Positions 39,507-49,534 of a stretch of 64,000 bases of DNA are shown here, in pieces. The notes beneath the pieces are model-generated. The model saw nothing but the letters and a program-made list of their open reading frames with translations, did no database searches and was not told where the DNA came from. The translations under genes and the position numbers were made by a program. Source of the stretch: an uncultured Gemmatimonadales bacterium (GTDB lineage: Bacteria; Gemmatimonadota; Gemmatimonadetes; Palauibacterales; Palauibacteraceae); the NCBI GenBank assembly GCA_963783385.1, contig CAWANJ010000006.1, positions 32,001 to 96,000 of the forward strand. The letters are read 5' to 3'. Position 1 is the first letter of the stretch, and each line of letters starts with the position of its first letter.

Positions 39507-39744
39507 GGTCTGATGAGAATCCCGCGCGGCCCCCGGCGCAAGCTCGGACGCGGGAGGCCGAGGGCGGCCGTAAGCCCCGCCTGAGCGCCCGATTCGGCGA
39601 CGCCCGCGCGGCGACGCGACGCGGAACACTTCTTGACACCGCTCTGACGCTCGGACTGGCCCCCGGCCCATGCCGGGGACATCCTGTGTCGGCGCGGCCG
39701 TCGGGACGCCGGCGAATGACCACCCACGGGAGATGGCGAGGAGC

Positions 39745-42066
39745 ATGGCAACTGCAGCGAACCTGGGCTTTCCGCGAATCGGCGGAGACCGCGAGCTCAA
39801 GAAGGCCACGGAGAGCTACTGGCGAGGCGACGTGTCGGCGGAGGAGCTGTCCCGTACAGCCTCCGACCTCCGGCTGGCGGGGTGGCGAGCCCAGAGGGCC
39901 GCGGGCATCGAGCACATCCCCTCCAACGACTTCTCCCTGTACGACCACATGCTCGACACCGCGGCGCTGGTGGGGGCTATCCCGGCGCGCTATGCCTGGA
40001 AGGGCGGCAAGCTGCAACTGGACCGGTACTTCGCCATGGCCCGGGGCTCCCAGACCGACGAGCTCGACGTGCCGGCCATGGAGATGACCAAGTGGTTCGA
40101 CACCAACTACCACTACATCGTCCCCGAGCTGGACGAGGACCAGGCGTTCCGGATCGCCACCTCCAAGCCGTTCGAGCAGTATGCGGAGGCGAGCGCGGAG
40201 GGCATCGACACGGTCCCGGTGCTCCCGGGACCGGTCAGCTTCCTCCTCCTCTCCAAGGGGCCGGGCGCGGGCGGCGCCTCCCTGGACCGCCTGCTCGAGC
40301 CCCTCGTGGACGTGTACCTCGAGGTGATCGGCCGGCTGGTCGAGGCCGGCGCCGATTGGATCCAGCTCGACGAGCCCTGCTTCGTCCAGGACCGGGACCC
40401 GGCCGAGCGCGAGGCGCTCGAGCGCGCCTACGGGCGCCTGGCCGCCGGTGGCTCCGGCGCCCGCCTGCTGATCCAGACCTACTTCGAGCACGTCGGCGAC
40501 GCGTTCCGCACCCTTACGGGCCTCCCGGTGGACGGGATCGGACTGGACTTCGTGCGCGGCCGCCGCCACCACCTGGAGCTCCTGGACGAGCACAGCTTCC
40601 CCGGCGACAAGGTCCTGCGAGTGGGGATCGTGGACGGCCGCAACGTGTGGATCAACGACCTCGAGCGCTCCCTGGAGCTGCTCGAGCGGGTGTCGGCCAT
40701 CGTCGATCCGAGCCGGCTGCAGGTGTCGCCCTCCTGCTCCCTCATGCACGCGCCGCTGGACGCCTCCCGCGAGATGGGTCTGGACTCCGAGCTCCGTTCC
40801 TGGCTCGCCTTCGCCCACCAGAAGCTGGGTGAGGTCGAGATCCTCACTCGCGGCCTGAACGAGGGGCGCCAGGCCATCGCGGGGGAGCTCGAGTCGAACC
40901 GAGGGGCCCTGGACTCGCGTCAGGGCTCGACGCGCACCCGCAAGCCCGAGGTGCGGCGCCGCATGGACGACCTCGACCCGGAGGCGGCGGGCCGACCGCT
41001 CAGCTTCGAGGAACGCAAGCGCGTGCAGCGCGAGCGCCTCGGGCTGGCGGCGCTCCCGACGACCGTGATCGGCTCCTTCCCGCAGACCGCCGAGGTGCGC
41101 TCGCAGCGGCGCGCCTTCCGCGCGGGTGACACGGACCGGGGCGCCTACGAGAGCTTCCTGGAGAAGGAGATCGACCGCTGCGTGGAAATGCAGGAGGACG
41201 TGGGCCTGGACGTCCTCGTGCACGGCGAGTTCGAGCGCAACGACATGGTCGAGTACTTCGGCGAGCTCATGGAGGGCTACGCCTTCACCCGCCACGGGTG
41301 GGTGCAGTCCTACGGGAGCCGGTACGTGAAGCCGCCCATCCTGTACGGCGACATCCACCGGCCGGGCCCGATCACGGTGCGCTGGTGGAGCTACGCCGCC
41401 TCGTGCACCCGGCGGCCGATCAAGGGCATGCTCACCGGTCCGGTGACCATGCTGCAATGGTCGTTCGTGCGGGACGACCAGCCGCGCTCGGCGACCTGCT
41501 ACCAGCTGGCCCTGGCGGTGCGGGACGAGGTAGAGGACCTGCAGGACGCGGGCGCGCCGGTGATCCAGGTGGACGAGCCCGCGCTCCGGGAGGGGCTCCC
41601 GCTGCGCGAGGAGGACCGGGACGACTACCTGCGCTGGGCGGTCAATGCGTTCCGGGTCGCGACCGGCACGGCCCGCCCGGAGACCCAGATCCACACGCAC
41701 ATGTGCTACTCGAACTTCAACGACATCATCGAGCACATCGCGCGCATGGACGCCGACGTCCTCCTCATCGAGAACGCGCGCTCGGACGAGAAGCTGCTCA
41801 AGGTATTCCGGGACTTCGACTACGACCGCGACATCGGCCCCGGCGTGTACGACATCCACTCGCCGCGGGTGCCGCCGGCCGAGGAGATGGCCGACCACAT
41901 CCGGGACTCCCTCACCGTGCTCCCGGCGGACCGGGTGTGGGTGAACCCCGACTGCGGCCTCAAGACCCGCAGGTGGGAGGAGGTCGTCCCGGCGCTGGCG
42001 AACATGGTGGAGGCCGCGCGCACCGTGCGGACCGACCTCGCCGGAGGTGCGGAGAGCGCCTCGTGA
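39745..42066 (+). CDS. metE: cobalamin-independent methionine synthase
   Basis: LGFPRIG, EMTKWFDTNYHY, VHGEFERNDMV, HTHMCY and WVNPDCGLKTR motifs. Confidence 0.98.
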   Translation: MATAANLGFPRIGGDRELKKATESYWRGDVSAEELSRTASDLRLAGWRAQRAAGIEHIPSNDFSLYDHMLDTAALVGAIPARYAWKGGKLQLDRYFAMARGSQTDELDVPAMEMTKWFDTNYHYIVPELDEDQAFRIATSKPFEQYAEASAEGIDTVPVLPGPVSFLLLSKGPGAGGASLDRLLEPLVDVYLEVIGRLVEAGADWIQLDEPCFVQDRDPAEREALERAYGRLAAGGSGARLLIQTYFEHVGDAFRTLTGLPVDGIGLDFVRGRRHHLELLDEHSFPGDKVLRVGIVDGRNVWINDLERSLELLERVSAIVDPSRLQVSPSCSLMHAPLDASREMGLDSELRSWLAFAHQKLGEVEILTRGLNEGRQAIAGELESNRGALDSRQGSTRTRKPEVRRRMDDLDPEAAGRPLSFEERKRVQRERLGLAALPTTVIGSFPQTAEVRSQRRAFRAGDTDRGAYESFLEKEIDRCVEMQEDVGLDVLVHGEFERNDMVEYFGELMEGYAFTRHGWVQSYGSRYVKPPILYGDIHRPGPITVRWWSYAASCTRRPIKGMLTGPVTMLQWSFVRDDQPRSATCYQLALAVRDEVEDLQDAGAPVIQVDEPALREGLPLREEDRDDYLRWAVNAFRVATGTARPETQIHTHMCYSNFNDIIEHIARMDADVLLIENARSDEKLLKVFRDFDYDRDIGPGVYDIHSPRVPPAEEMADHIRDSLTVLPADRVWVNPDCGLKTRRWEEVVPALANMVEAARTVRTDLAGGAESAS

Positions 42067-42106
42067 GGCCCGGGAGTCGGACCCGCGCGCGGAGGACGCC
42101 GGTCCG

Positions 42107-43964
42107 TTGAGCGACGACGCGGACGGCGCGGGCGAGGGCGCCAGACCCTCTGCAGGAGGGGAACAGCGAACGTCGTCTTCCCCTCCCCGCCGTTCGCCGA
42201 GCACCATGCAGCTGTCCGTCCGGCTGCTCCTCCTCGCCATCCTCCTCGGCGCCGCCGCCGGTCTCGGAGCCGTGGCGTTCCGAGCGCTGATCGCCCTCGT
42301 TCACAACGTGGCCTTCCTGGGCACCTGGTCGTTCAGCTACGACGCCAACAGCCACACGCCGGCGAGCCCGTTCGGCCCCTTCGTCATCCTGGCGCCCGTC
42401 CTCGGCGCGGTCGCGGTCGTCTACCTGGTGAAGAACTACGCGCCGGAGGCGAAGGGTCACGGCGTCCCCGAGGTGATGGAGGCCGTCTACTACGTGAAGG
42501 GGCACGTGCGCCCCATCGTCGGCCTGATCAAGTCGGTCGCGTCGGCCATCTCGATCGGCACGGGCGGCTCGATCGGTCGCGAGGGCCCCTTCATCCAGAT
42601 CGGCGGATCTCTCGGCTCGACCCTGGGCCAGATCTTCAACGTGCCGGTGTGGGAGCGCATCACGCTGGTGGCGGCCGGCGCCGGCGGCGGTATCGCGGCG
42701 GCGTTCAACACGCCGATCGGGGGGATCCTGTTCGCCATCGAGATCCTCATGCACGAGGTGAGCGTCCGGACGCTCGTCCCGGTGGGGCTGGCGACCGTGA
42801 CCGCCACGTACGTGGCGCGGCTGTTCTTCGGGCCCAACCCGTCCTTCGTCATCCCGAGCCTGGTGAGTTCGTCCTTCCACCTCACCGCCCCCGTGTCGAT
42901 CCTGGCGTTCATGGGCCTCGGGATCGTGACGGGCGGGGTGTCGGCCGCCTACATCAAGACGCTGTACGGATTCGAGGACTTCTTCGAGAAGCGCATCAAG
43001 TCCAGCTACTACCTGCGGCACACGCTCGGCATGCTGGGCGTGGGCCTCACCATGTACCTCTCCTATCGGTTCCTGGGCCACTACTACGTGGAGGGCGTCG
43101 GCTACGCGACGATCCAGGACATCCTCCAGGGTTCGTTCGGGCCCATCCTCATCCTCCTCCTCCTGGCGGCGCTCAAGCTCCTGGTCACCGACCTCACGCT
43201 GGGCTCGGGCGCGTCCGGCGGGGTGTTCTCGCCGGGCCTGTTCATGGGCGCCACGGTCGGGGCGTCCTACGGTATCGGACTCCAGTGGCTGTTCCCGTCC
43301 CTGGCGGTCGGGCCGGCCGCCTTCGCGGTGGCGGGCATGGCGGGCGTGATCGGCGGCTCGACGGGAGCCGCGATGACCGCGATGGTGATGATCTTCGAGA
43401 TGACCCGCGACTACGCGGTCATCATCCCCATGACCATCACGGTGACCCTGAGCTACGCGGTGCGCTGGGCCATGCAGCCCGAGAGCATCTACACGCTCAA
43501 GGTGGCCCGCCGCGGGAAGCCTCGTGCCCCAGGCCCTGCAGGCCAATTTCTTCTATATCCGCCACGCCCGGGACATCATGACCACCAATCTGGGCACCGT
43601 GTCGCCGTCGACCCCCTTCGCACGCTTCCTGCGCTCCGTTCGGGAGCATGGGAACGGACGTTACTTCCTGGTGGGCGATCCGGACCGCGTGTTCGGGCTC
43701 ATCGCTCCCGATGCGGTGCGCGACGCGCTCGCCGGGACCGTCCCCGCTCGCAGCGTGCACGACCTGACCATGCGGGACTACGTGACCGTCGCCGATGACA
43801 CGACCGTGTTCGAGGTGCTCACGCGTATGCGCAGGGCGCACGTGTCGGTCGCCCTGGTGAAGACGAGCTGCCAGGACCCGACCCGCGGGACCGTGATCGG
43901 CGTCATCACCAAGGAACAGCTGGCCGACACGGTGCAGGCGGGCGTCGAGCTCTTCGCCGACTGA
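42107..43964 (+). CDS. ClC chloride channel/antiporter with CBS pair (frameshift ~43520)
   Basis: GHGVPE, GREGP, FNTPIGG and SGGVFSP motifs; CBS domains in the second frame. TTG 42107 follows GGAGGA. Confidence 0.9.
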
Positions 43965-43979
43965 CCACAGGAGGACGAG

Positions 43980-44375
43980 ATGAAGGACGTGAGCTACGGA
44001 GCGCGCAAGGTGCTCCCGGGCGTCGACTTCGACGAAGCCGTCGCCCGCGTGGAGGAGGCCCTGGGCGAGGAGGGCTTCGGAGTGCTGACCCGCATCGACG
44101 TGAGGGCCACCCTCAAGAAGAAGCTGGACGTGGACTTCAAGCGCTACGTGATCCTGGGCGCGTGCAACCCGCAGCTGGCACACCGGGCGCTGTCGGCCGA
44201 TGACGACATCGGGCTCCTGTTGCCGTGCAACGTGGTCGTGGCCGAGACGGCGGAGGGCTCCGAAGCCTCCTACGCACGGCCGGAGGCCATGCTGTCCATG
44301 GCCGGGGTGCCGGAGATAGAGCCGGTGGCCCGGGAGGCCGAGGAGAAGCTGGCGAAGGCGTTCAAGCGACTCTGA
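43980..44375 (+). CDS. DUF302 domain protein
   Basis: GFGVLTRID, ILGACNP and GLLLPCNV motifs. Confidence 0.92.
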   Translation: MKDVSYGARKVLPGVDFDEAVARVEEALGEEGFGVLTRIDVRATLKKKLDVDFKRYVILGACNPQLAHRALSADDDIGLLLPCNVVVAETAEGSEASYARPEAMLSMAGVPEIEPVAREAEEKLAKAFKRL

Positions 44376-44396
44376 GCGGCAGGGGACGCCCGTCCC

Positions 44397-44792
44397 TCAG
44401 GCGAGCGGGCACCGGGCCTGGAGCGCCAGGACGTTGTCGTCCGGGTCGCGGAAGAAGGCCATCCACAGCTCGTGGTCCTCGGCCCGGTGGACCCGGTGCG
44501 GCTCGCCCAGGAAGACGACGCCGCGCTCGGCCAGCACGCGGTAGGCCGTGTCGATGTCGTCGACCTCGAAATAGAGCACCGATGAAGGGTGGTCGAAGTC
44601 GGGGCTCTCGGGCGCGGACAGCATGAGCTGGAGGTCCCCGCAGCGGAGGAAGGCGAGGCCGGGCGGGGCCCGGAACAGGAGCTGGAGTCCCAGGGCGTCG
44701 CGGTAGAAGTCCACCGAGGCGTCCACATCGCGCGCTCGCACCGCCACCTGTGCGATCCCCCGAATCCCGAAATTGGCCCCCGGCTGGTCCAT
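44397..44792 (-). CDS. VOC family protein
   Basis: FYRDALGL, LYFEVDDI and FFRDPDDN motifs. Confidence 0.9.
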   Translation of the reverse strand: MDQPGANFGIRGIAQVAVRARDVDASVDFYRDALGLQLLFRAPPGLAFLRCGDLQLMLSAPESPDFDHPSSVLYFEVDDIDTAYRVLAERGVVFLGEPHRVHRAEDHELWMAFFRDPDDNVLALQARCPLA

Positions 44793-44862
44793 GCTCCGCT
44801 CCTGGCGTCCCCGCCGGCGGGTCCGACGCCGCCCTGGCGCCGCCCGCTCGGGGTTGAACTGT

Positions 44863-44879
44863 TTAGTTGCTCTAACTAA
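44863..44879. promoter_or_regulatory. MarR operator palindrome
   Basis: TTAGTT-GCTCT-AACTAA perfect 6-bp inverted repeat in an AT-rich patch between divergent VOC and marR genes. It overlaps a - strand TTGACG-16-TAACTT promoter. Confidence 0.75.
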
Positions 44880-44925
44880 GTTAATCGACGGAATGGACGC
44901 GTCAAGGGGAGCCGTGGCGGCCACG

Positions 44926-45417
44926 ATGGCGGACGAAGCACGCGAGGTGTCGGGAGAACGGGCCCAGGTGGCCACCCGTCTTCACGCGGCGGCCCTCCAC
45001 CTCCTCCGCCGGCTGCGCACGGAGGACGTGACCAGCGGTCTCAGCGGCTCCCGCCTCTCCGCCCTCTCGGTGCTCGTGTTCGGCGGGCCCCGCAGCGTGG
45101 GAGAGCTGGCCGACGTCGAACAGGTGACCGCTCCCACCATGAGCCGGCTGGCCAGCGCCCTCGAGGAGGCGGGGCTCGTCCGTCGCGAGGCCGACCCCGG
45201 AGACGGACGTCGCGTGCTGCTGCGGGCCACCCGCGCGGGCGAGCGCCTCCTGCTCGAAGGCCGTCAGCGGCGCGTCGAGGAGCTGGTGGAGATCCTGGGC
45301 TCCCTGGGCGATACGGAGTGGCGCGCGCTCGGTCGCGCCGCCGAGATCCTGGAAGGGGTCCTCCGGGAGGAGGGTTCCCGGAGGGGCGAGGCAGGGACCG
45401 GAAGCCCGGGAGCCTGA
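44926..45417 (+). CDS. MarR family transcriptional regulator
   Basis: ELADVEQVTAPTMSRL..LEEAGLV.R..DPGDGRRV motif. Confidence 0.92.
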   Translation: MADEAREVSGERAQVATRLHAAALHLLRRLRTEDVTSGLSGSRLSALSVLVFGGPRSVGELADVEQVTAPTMSRLASALEEAGLVRREADPGDGRRVLLRATRAGERLLLEGRQRRVEELVEILGSLGDTEWRALGRAAEILEGVLREEGSRRGEAGTGSPGA

Positions 45418-45440
45418 CGGGAGCAGGCCTCTCCGGACCC

Positions 45441-45477
45441 GCCGGGCTGCGCTCCGCGACCGCGCGGAGCGCCCGGC
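45441..45477. terminator. GC-rich hairpin between convergent marR and radical SAM genes
   Basis: gccgggc..gcgctccgcg-acc-gcgcggagcgc..ccggc inverted repeat. No clear U-tract. Confidence 0.4.
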
Positions 45478-45501
45478 GCCCTCCCCGGTGTGCGGCGTCG
45501 C

Positions 45502-46725
45502 TCAGCCGCCCACGGCCCGACCGGGACGCGATCCGGTCAGGGCGGAGGGCAGCTTCGCCCGGCCGATCGAGTCAGCGACCCCGTTGTCCGGGAGCGCCCG
45601 GTAGCCGGGCGGCTCGAACGGGCAGAACGGGTCCTCGCCGAGCGGGTCACCGGACACCGCGAAGGCCCTCGCCCGACTGCCGCCGCAGGCCATGCGGAAC
45701 GGGCAGATGCCGCACTTCCCGTGCAGCGCCTCGGGGTCGCGCAGGGACCGGAACAGGACGCTGTCGCGGTAGAGCTCGACCAGGGAGCGCTCGCGCACGT
45801 TGCCGGCCGACAGGGACAGGAAGCCGGACGGGAACACCTCCCCCGTGTGGCTGATGAACACGAAGCCGTTCCCGTCGCCCGTCGACCCCAGCTCGCCGGG
45901 GCTTCCGTCGGCGGGCGAGGCGAGCCCGGACCTGCGGTCCTCGTTCTCGATCTGGCGGCCGATCCTCCGGTAGAAGGGCGCCTCCACGGTCACGACCTTG
46001 AAGGCGGCGCGGCGCTGACGGCGATACAGCCAGCGGAGGAGCGCCTCGGTCTCGCGCGGGCCGAGCGGCTCGAGCACCGAGCCCCGGCCCACCGGCACCA
46101 GGAAGAAGAGCTCCCACGCCACGGCGCCCAGCGACTCCACCAGGTCGGCAATGTAGCCCATGTCGCCGGCGTTGGCGCGCGTCACGGTGGTGTTGAGCTG
46201 GATCGGGAGCCCTACCCGGCGCGCGGCCTCGGCGGCCCGCATGACCACGTCGTAGGAGCCCGGCTGGCCACGGAAGGTGTCGTGCGCCACGCTCCGGGAG
46301 CCATCCAGGGACAGGGCCATGCGGACCACTCCCACGTCCTTGAGCTGCGCGATGACCTCGTCGGTGAGGTCCGGCGACGGGGCGGGCGTCACGGCCATGT
46401 TGAGCCCGAGGTCCCCACCGTAGGCGATCAGCTCGAACACGTCGTCGCGGGCCAGGGGATCCCCGCCCGAGAGGACGACCACCGGTGGCCTCGGCGTGAA
46501 CGCCCGGACCTGCCCGAGCACGTCCTTCGCCTCCTCGGTGGTGAGCTCGTTCGGGTGCGGGAAGGGCTGAGCCTCGGCCCGGCAGTGCACGCACTTGAGC
46601 GGGCACGCCTGCGTGAGCTCCCAGGTCAGGACGACCGGCGCCTCGGCGTAGTACCTTCGCATGGCCCTGGGCCCGGCGGTGGCGCGCTCGGGATGTGCCA
46701 GATCGTGTCCGTTAGGCCTCTCCAT
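45502..46725 (-). CDS. radical SAM/SPASM protein, TIGR04053-like
   Basis: WELTQACPLKCVHCRAEA, SGGDP, FFLVPVGRG, GFVFISHTGEVFPSGF and KCGICPFRMACGGSRARA..DPFC motifs. Confidence 0.9.
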   Translation of the reverse strand: MERPNGHDLAHPERATAGPRAMRRYYAEAPVVLTWELTQACPLKCVHCRAEAQPFPHPNELTTEEAKDVLGQVRAFTPRPPVVVLSGGDPLARDDVFELIAYGGDLGLNMAVTPAPSPDLTDEVIAQLKDVGVVRMALSLDGSRSVAHDTFRGQPGSYDVVMRAAEAARRVGLPIQLNTTVTRANAGDMGYIADLVESLGAVAWELFFLVPVGRGSVLEPLGPRETEALLRWLYRRQRRAAFKVVTVEAPFYRRIGRQIENEDRRSGLASPADGSPGELGSTGDGNGFVFISHTGEVFPSGFLSLSAGNVRERSLVELYRDSVLFRSLRDPEALHGKCGICPFRMACGGSRARAFAVSGDPLGEDPFCPFEPPGYRALPDNGVADSIGRAKLPSALTGSRPGRAVGG

Positions 46726-46826
46726 CGCCTCGCTCCCCTTGGTGCTCGTGACGGTCCGCTAGTCTACGCCCTCATAGATGCCGTCCGGGCCGCGCAGCCG
46801 GTATAGGCATCAAGCCAACAGGACGC

Positions 46827-46889
46827 GTGGGGAGAAGACCCGACACCCTGTGGTGGGGATCCCCCGGCCCCGGTAGGGCGGAGCCCTAC
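46827..46889. promoter_or_regulatory. three tandem GT(G/A)GGG-n-CCC(T/G)AC palindrome-like sites (NarL/DosR-type boxes?)
   Basis: gtggggagaagacccgac 46827, gtggggatcccccggc 46853 and perfect gtagggc-gga-gccctac 46873. Confidence 0.45.
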
Positions 46890-47023
46890 GCCACCGGACC
46901 GGAGAGACGCGTGCATCTTCCCCGAGGGCCGGACCCCGCGCGGCGTCGGACTTGCGTGGCCAGCATCCTTCGTAGATTGATCCCTGCGCCGGCTGCCCAT
47001 CCAACCGCTCCCGGAGGACGAGG

Positions 47024-48202
47024 ATGCGCTCGTACGACTACCTGATCGTCGGAGGAGGCATGACCGCGGATGCCGCCGTAGGAGGCATCCGGGAGGTCGA
47101 CCCGGACGGATCCGTGGGTCTGATATCGAGTGAGGAGGAGCCGCCCTACGACCGCCCCCCGCTCAGCAAGGGGTTGTGGAAGGGAGGCGCCGAGGAGGAC
47201 ATCTGGCGCACGGCGGCGACCGAAGGGGCCGAGCTCCACCTGGGGCGGCGGGTGGTGACCCTCGACCCGGAGAGCCACACGGTCCGCGACGACGAGGGTG
47301 AGACCTACGGCTACCGGCGGCTCCTCCTGGCCATCGGCGGGAGCCCCCGTCAGCTCCCCGGCGCCCCGGAGGACGTGATCCACTACCGGACCGTCGGCGA
47401 CTACCGGCGTCTGCGGCAGCTGGCCGACGAGGACCGCCGCTTCGTGGTGATCGGGGGTGGCTTCATCGGGAGCGAGGTGGCCGCGGCCCTGACGATGGCC
47501 GGCAGGGACGCCACGGTGGTCTTCCCGGAGAAGACGCTGTGCGCCCGGCTGTTCCCCACCGGGCTCGCCCGCTTCGTCACCGACCACTTCCGGGAGAAGG
47601 GCGTGACCGTGCGCGCCGGCGAATCGGTCACCGGCGTGACCCGGACGGGGGACGCCTACGAGGTCGCGCTCGGCTCGGGGGAGTCGCTCCGCGCCGACGG
47701 GGTGGTGGTCGGCATCGGCATCGTCCCCGAGACGGGCCTGGCCCGCGACGCCGGACTCGAGGTCGGCGACGGCATCGTGGTGGACGCTCACCTGCGCACC
47801 TCCGACCCGGACGTGTTCGCGGCCGGCGATGTGGCCTCCTTCCCGCACCCCGCCCTGCGGCGCCACATGCGCGTCGAGCACGAGGACGCGGCCAACACCA
47901 TGGGCCACCAGGCGGGTCGCAACATGGCCGGGACGGACGAGCCCTACGAGCACGTCCCCCTGTTCTACTCGGACCTGTTCGACCTGGGCTACGAGGCGGT
48001 GGGCCGGGCCGACAGCCGGCTGGACGTGATCGAGGACTGGCGGGAGAAGTATGACCAGGGCGTGGTCTACTACCTGGCGGACGACCGCGTCGAGGGCGTG
48101 CTGCTGTGGAACACCTGGGGCCAGGACGAGGCGGCCCGGGGCCTCCTGTGCGACCGCTCGCGGGTGCTTCCCGGCGACCTGGCGGGTCGGCTTCCGGAGT
48201 AG
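47024..48202 (+). CDS. FAD-dependent NAD(P)H oxidoreductase (ferredoxin reductase/AIF-like)
   Basis: IVGGG, PYDRPPLSK, VIGGGFIGSE, FAAGD and RVEH motifs. Confidence 0.92.
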   Translation: MRSYDYLIVGGGMTADAAVGGIREVDPDGSVGLISSEEEPPYDRPPLSKGLWKGGAEEDIWRTAATEGAELHLGRRVVTLDPESHTVRDDEGETYGYRRLLLAIGGSPRQLPGAPEDVIHYRTVGDYRRLRQLADEDRRFVVIGGGFIGSEVAAALTMAGRDATVVFPEKTLCARLFPTGLARFVTDHFREKGVTVRAGESVTGVTRTGDAYEVALGSGESLRADGVVVGIGIVPETGLARDAGLEVGDGIVVDAHLRTSDPDVFAAGDVASFPHPALRRHMRVEHEDAANTMGHQAGRNMAGTDEPYEHVPLFYSDLFDLGYEAVGRADSRLDVIEDWREKYDQGVVYYLADDRVEGVLLWNTWGQDEAARGLLCDRSRVLPGDLAGRLPE

Positions 48203-48309
48203 GCCCCCGCGGGCCGGGCCGATCCGGCACCGGTTCCGGGCGGGCCGAGGGGCCCCTGGAGGCACTCCGGGATGCGTGCCCGGAGGTGAGGCGCGAGGCA
48301 CCGGCGGAG

Positions 48310-48460
48310 CTCGGTCCCGCTCCAGGGCGAAGTTGAAGTCGAGGCGCCGGTAGGCGATCATCCAGTACAGGACGATGGCCCGCTCCGGCCGGACGGGTCG
48401 GTCGACGTAGACGCGGAGGCGCTCCGGCGGCAGCTCGCCAGGCGGCCGCGCGTCCGACAT
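48310..48460 (-). pseudogene. N-terminal remnant of class II CPD photolyase
   Basis: PPERLR...PVRPERAIVLYWMIAYRRLDFNFALER matches the class II photolyase N-terminus (VLYWMxxxxRxxxNxAL); similarity ends after ~50 codons. Confidence 0.65.
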
Positions 48461-48534
48461 CAGGCGGCGCCCCCCGCGCGGCGGGCCGCCGGCTGGCCCC
48501 TTCGACTTCCAACCGATCCGTGCGGAGGACGCCC

Positions 48535-49134
48535 ATGCGCACCTCGTTCCCGAATCGTCTCGCCGGTGCCGTCGCCGTGGCGGCGATGCTCCTCCTCCCC
48601 GCCGCGCGCCTCGCGGCGCAGCAGGGAGCCGTCGAGCTGGGCATCGACAGCGAGATGGCCTACCACATCCTCAAGGGCAGCGGCAACGACATCTTCCAGA
48701 TGAGCCTGCCCCTCTCCAGCGGCGACCTGCCGCGCGCCCACAACGCGTTCCGGGTGGGCTTCTTCGCCTCCGACCGGGTGTCGATCGAGCCGTCGCTGAG
48801 CTTCGGCTACCTGAACCCGGCGCACACCGGCTACCGCTGGAACCTGGGCCTGGCCACGGTGCTCCAGTACCACCTGGTGACCGATCCCTCCCGCCTGCGG
48901 CCCTACCTGGGCCTGGGCGCCAACGTGTCGGTGTTCCATGAATATCCCGGCGTGGGTGACGGGATGACGTCGAGCCAGTTCGGCGTGTCGGGGGAGTTCG
49001 GCCTCAAGATCCCGCTCGCCGACCGGCTCGGCCTGCGGCTCGCGGGCGGCGTGGGACAGTTCTTCAGGAGCAAGACCTTCGTGAACCGGACCAGCGTGTT
49101 CGGGACCCTGGGAGTTTCCTACTTCACCAGGTGA
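48535..49134 (+). CDS. outer-membrane beta-barrel protein
   Basis: Signal peptide; LRPYLGLG; terminal GVSYF. Confidence 0.8.
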   Translation: MRTSFPNRLAGAVAVAAMLLLPAARLAAQQGAVELGIDSEMAYHILKGSGNDIFQMSLPLSSGDLPRAHNAFRVGFFASDRVSIEPSLSFGYLNPAHTGYRWNLGLATVLQYHLVTDPSRLRPYLGLGANVSVFHEYPGVGDGMTSSQFGVSGEFGLKIPLADRLGLRLAGGVGQFFRSKTFVNRTSVFGTLGVSYFTR

Positions 49135-49469
49135 GGTCCGACGGGGGACGGACCGCCGGCCGGTGAGGCCGTGTCCGCGGAGCTCCTCAGGAGATCGTCC
49201 AGGAAGACCTTGAGCTCGTCCAGCCGCCCGGGCACCAGGGAGTAGTAGACCCAGCGACCCTCGCGCCGGTCGGCCACCAGCCCCGCGTCCCGGAGCGCCT
49301 TGAGGTGGAAGGAGAGGAGCGACTGGGCCACCTGCAGTTCCTCGGTGAGGTGGCCGACACACTTCTCGCCGCTGCGGAGCAGATCGAGGATCCGGAGCCG
49401 CTTGGGCTCGGACAGGGCCTGGAAACATCGGCCCATGTCCCTATCGGGCGCGGGCTCGTTCGGGACCAT
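49119..49469 (-). CDS. ArsR/SmtB family transcriptional regulator
   Basis: FQALSEPKRLRIL, EKCVG, SFHLKALRDAGLV and GRWVYY motifs. Confidence 0.92.
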   Translation of the reverse strand: MVPNEPAPDRDMGRCFQALSEPKRLRILDLLRSGEKCVGHLTEELQVAQSLLSFHLKALRDAGLVADRREGRWVYYSLVPGRLDELKVFLDDLLRSSADTASPAGGPSPVGPHLVK

Positions 49470-49474
49470 GCCTA

Positions 49475-49490
49475 ATATTGTATTCAGTAT
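49475..49490. promoter_or_regulatory. imperfect AT-rich palindrome, probable ArsR operator
   Basis: atattgtattcagtat matches its reverse complement at 12/16 positions and lies immediately upstream of the arsR start. Confidence 0.5.
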
Positions 49491-49534
49491 GCAACCCGGG
49501 TCAAGCGGAGGCTGCGGTCGCCGTTGCGGCCCGC

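Noticed and set aside
39510-39744. Possible SAM/SAH/cobalamin riboswitch upstream of metE
   Set aside because: GC-rich hairpins exist, but I could not find SAM-I (AUC..GAG/GCAACC), SAH or B12-box cores. The region is shared with the divergent rlpA promoter. An Infernal/Rfam scan would settle it.
39478-42240. 920-aa antisense ORF, and similar long ORFs at 27844-29745, 31478-33388, 5295-6833 and 14523-16001
   Set aside because: Shadow frames of real genes (metE, fumC, fur/pyrE/nfuA etc.). Strong GC3 bias removes stops, and the translations carry no family motifs.
46730-47020. RiPP precursor peptide for the SPASM radical SAM enzyme
   Set aside because: The short ORFs here lack an RBS and peptide-like composition, there is no RRE/PqqD or exporter, and the TIGR04053-like family is not known to be RiPP-linked.
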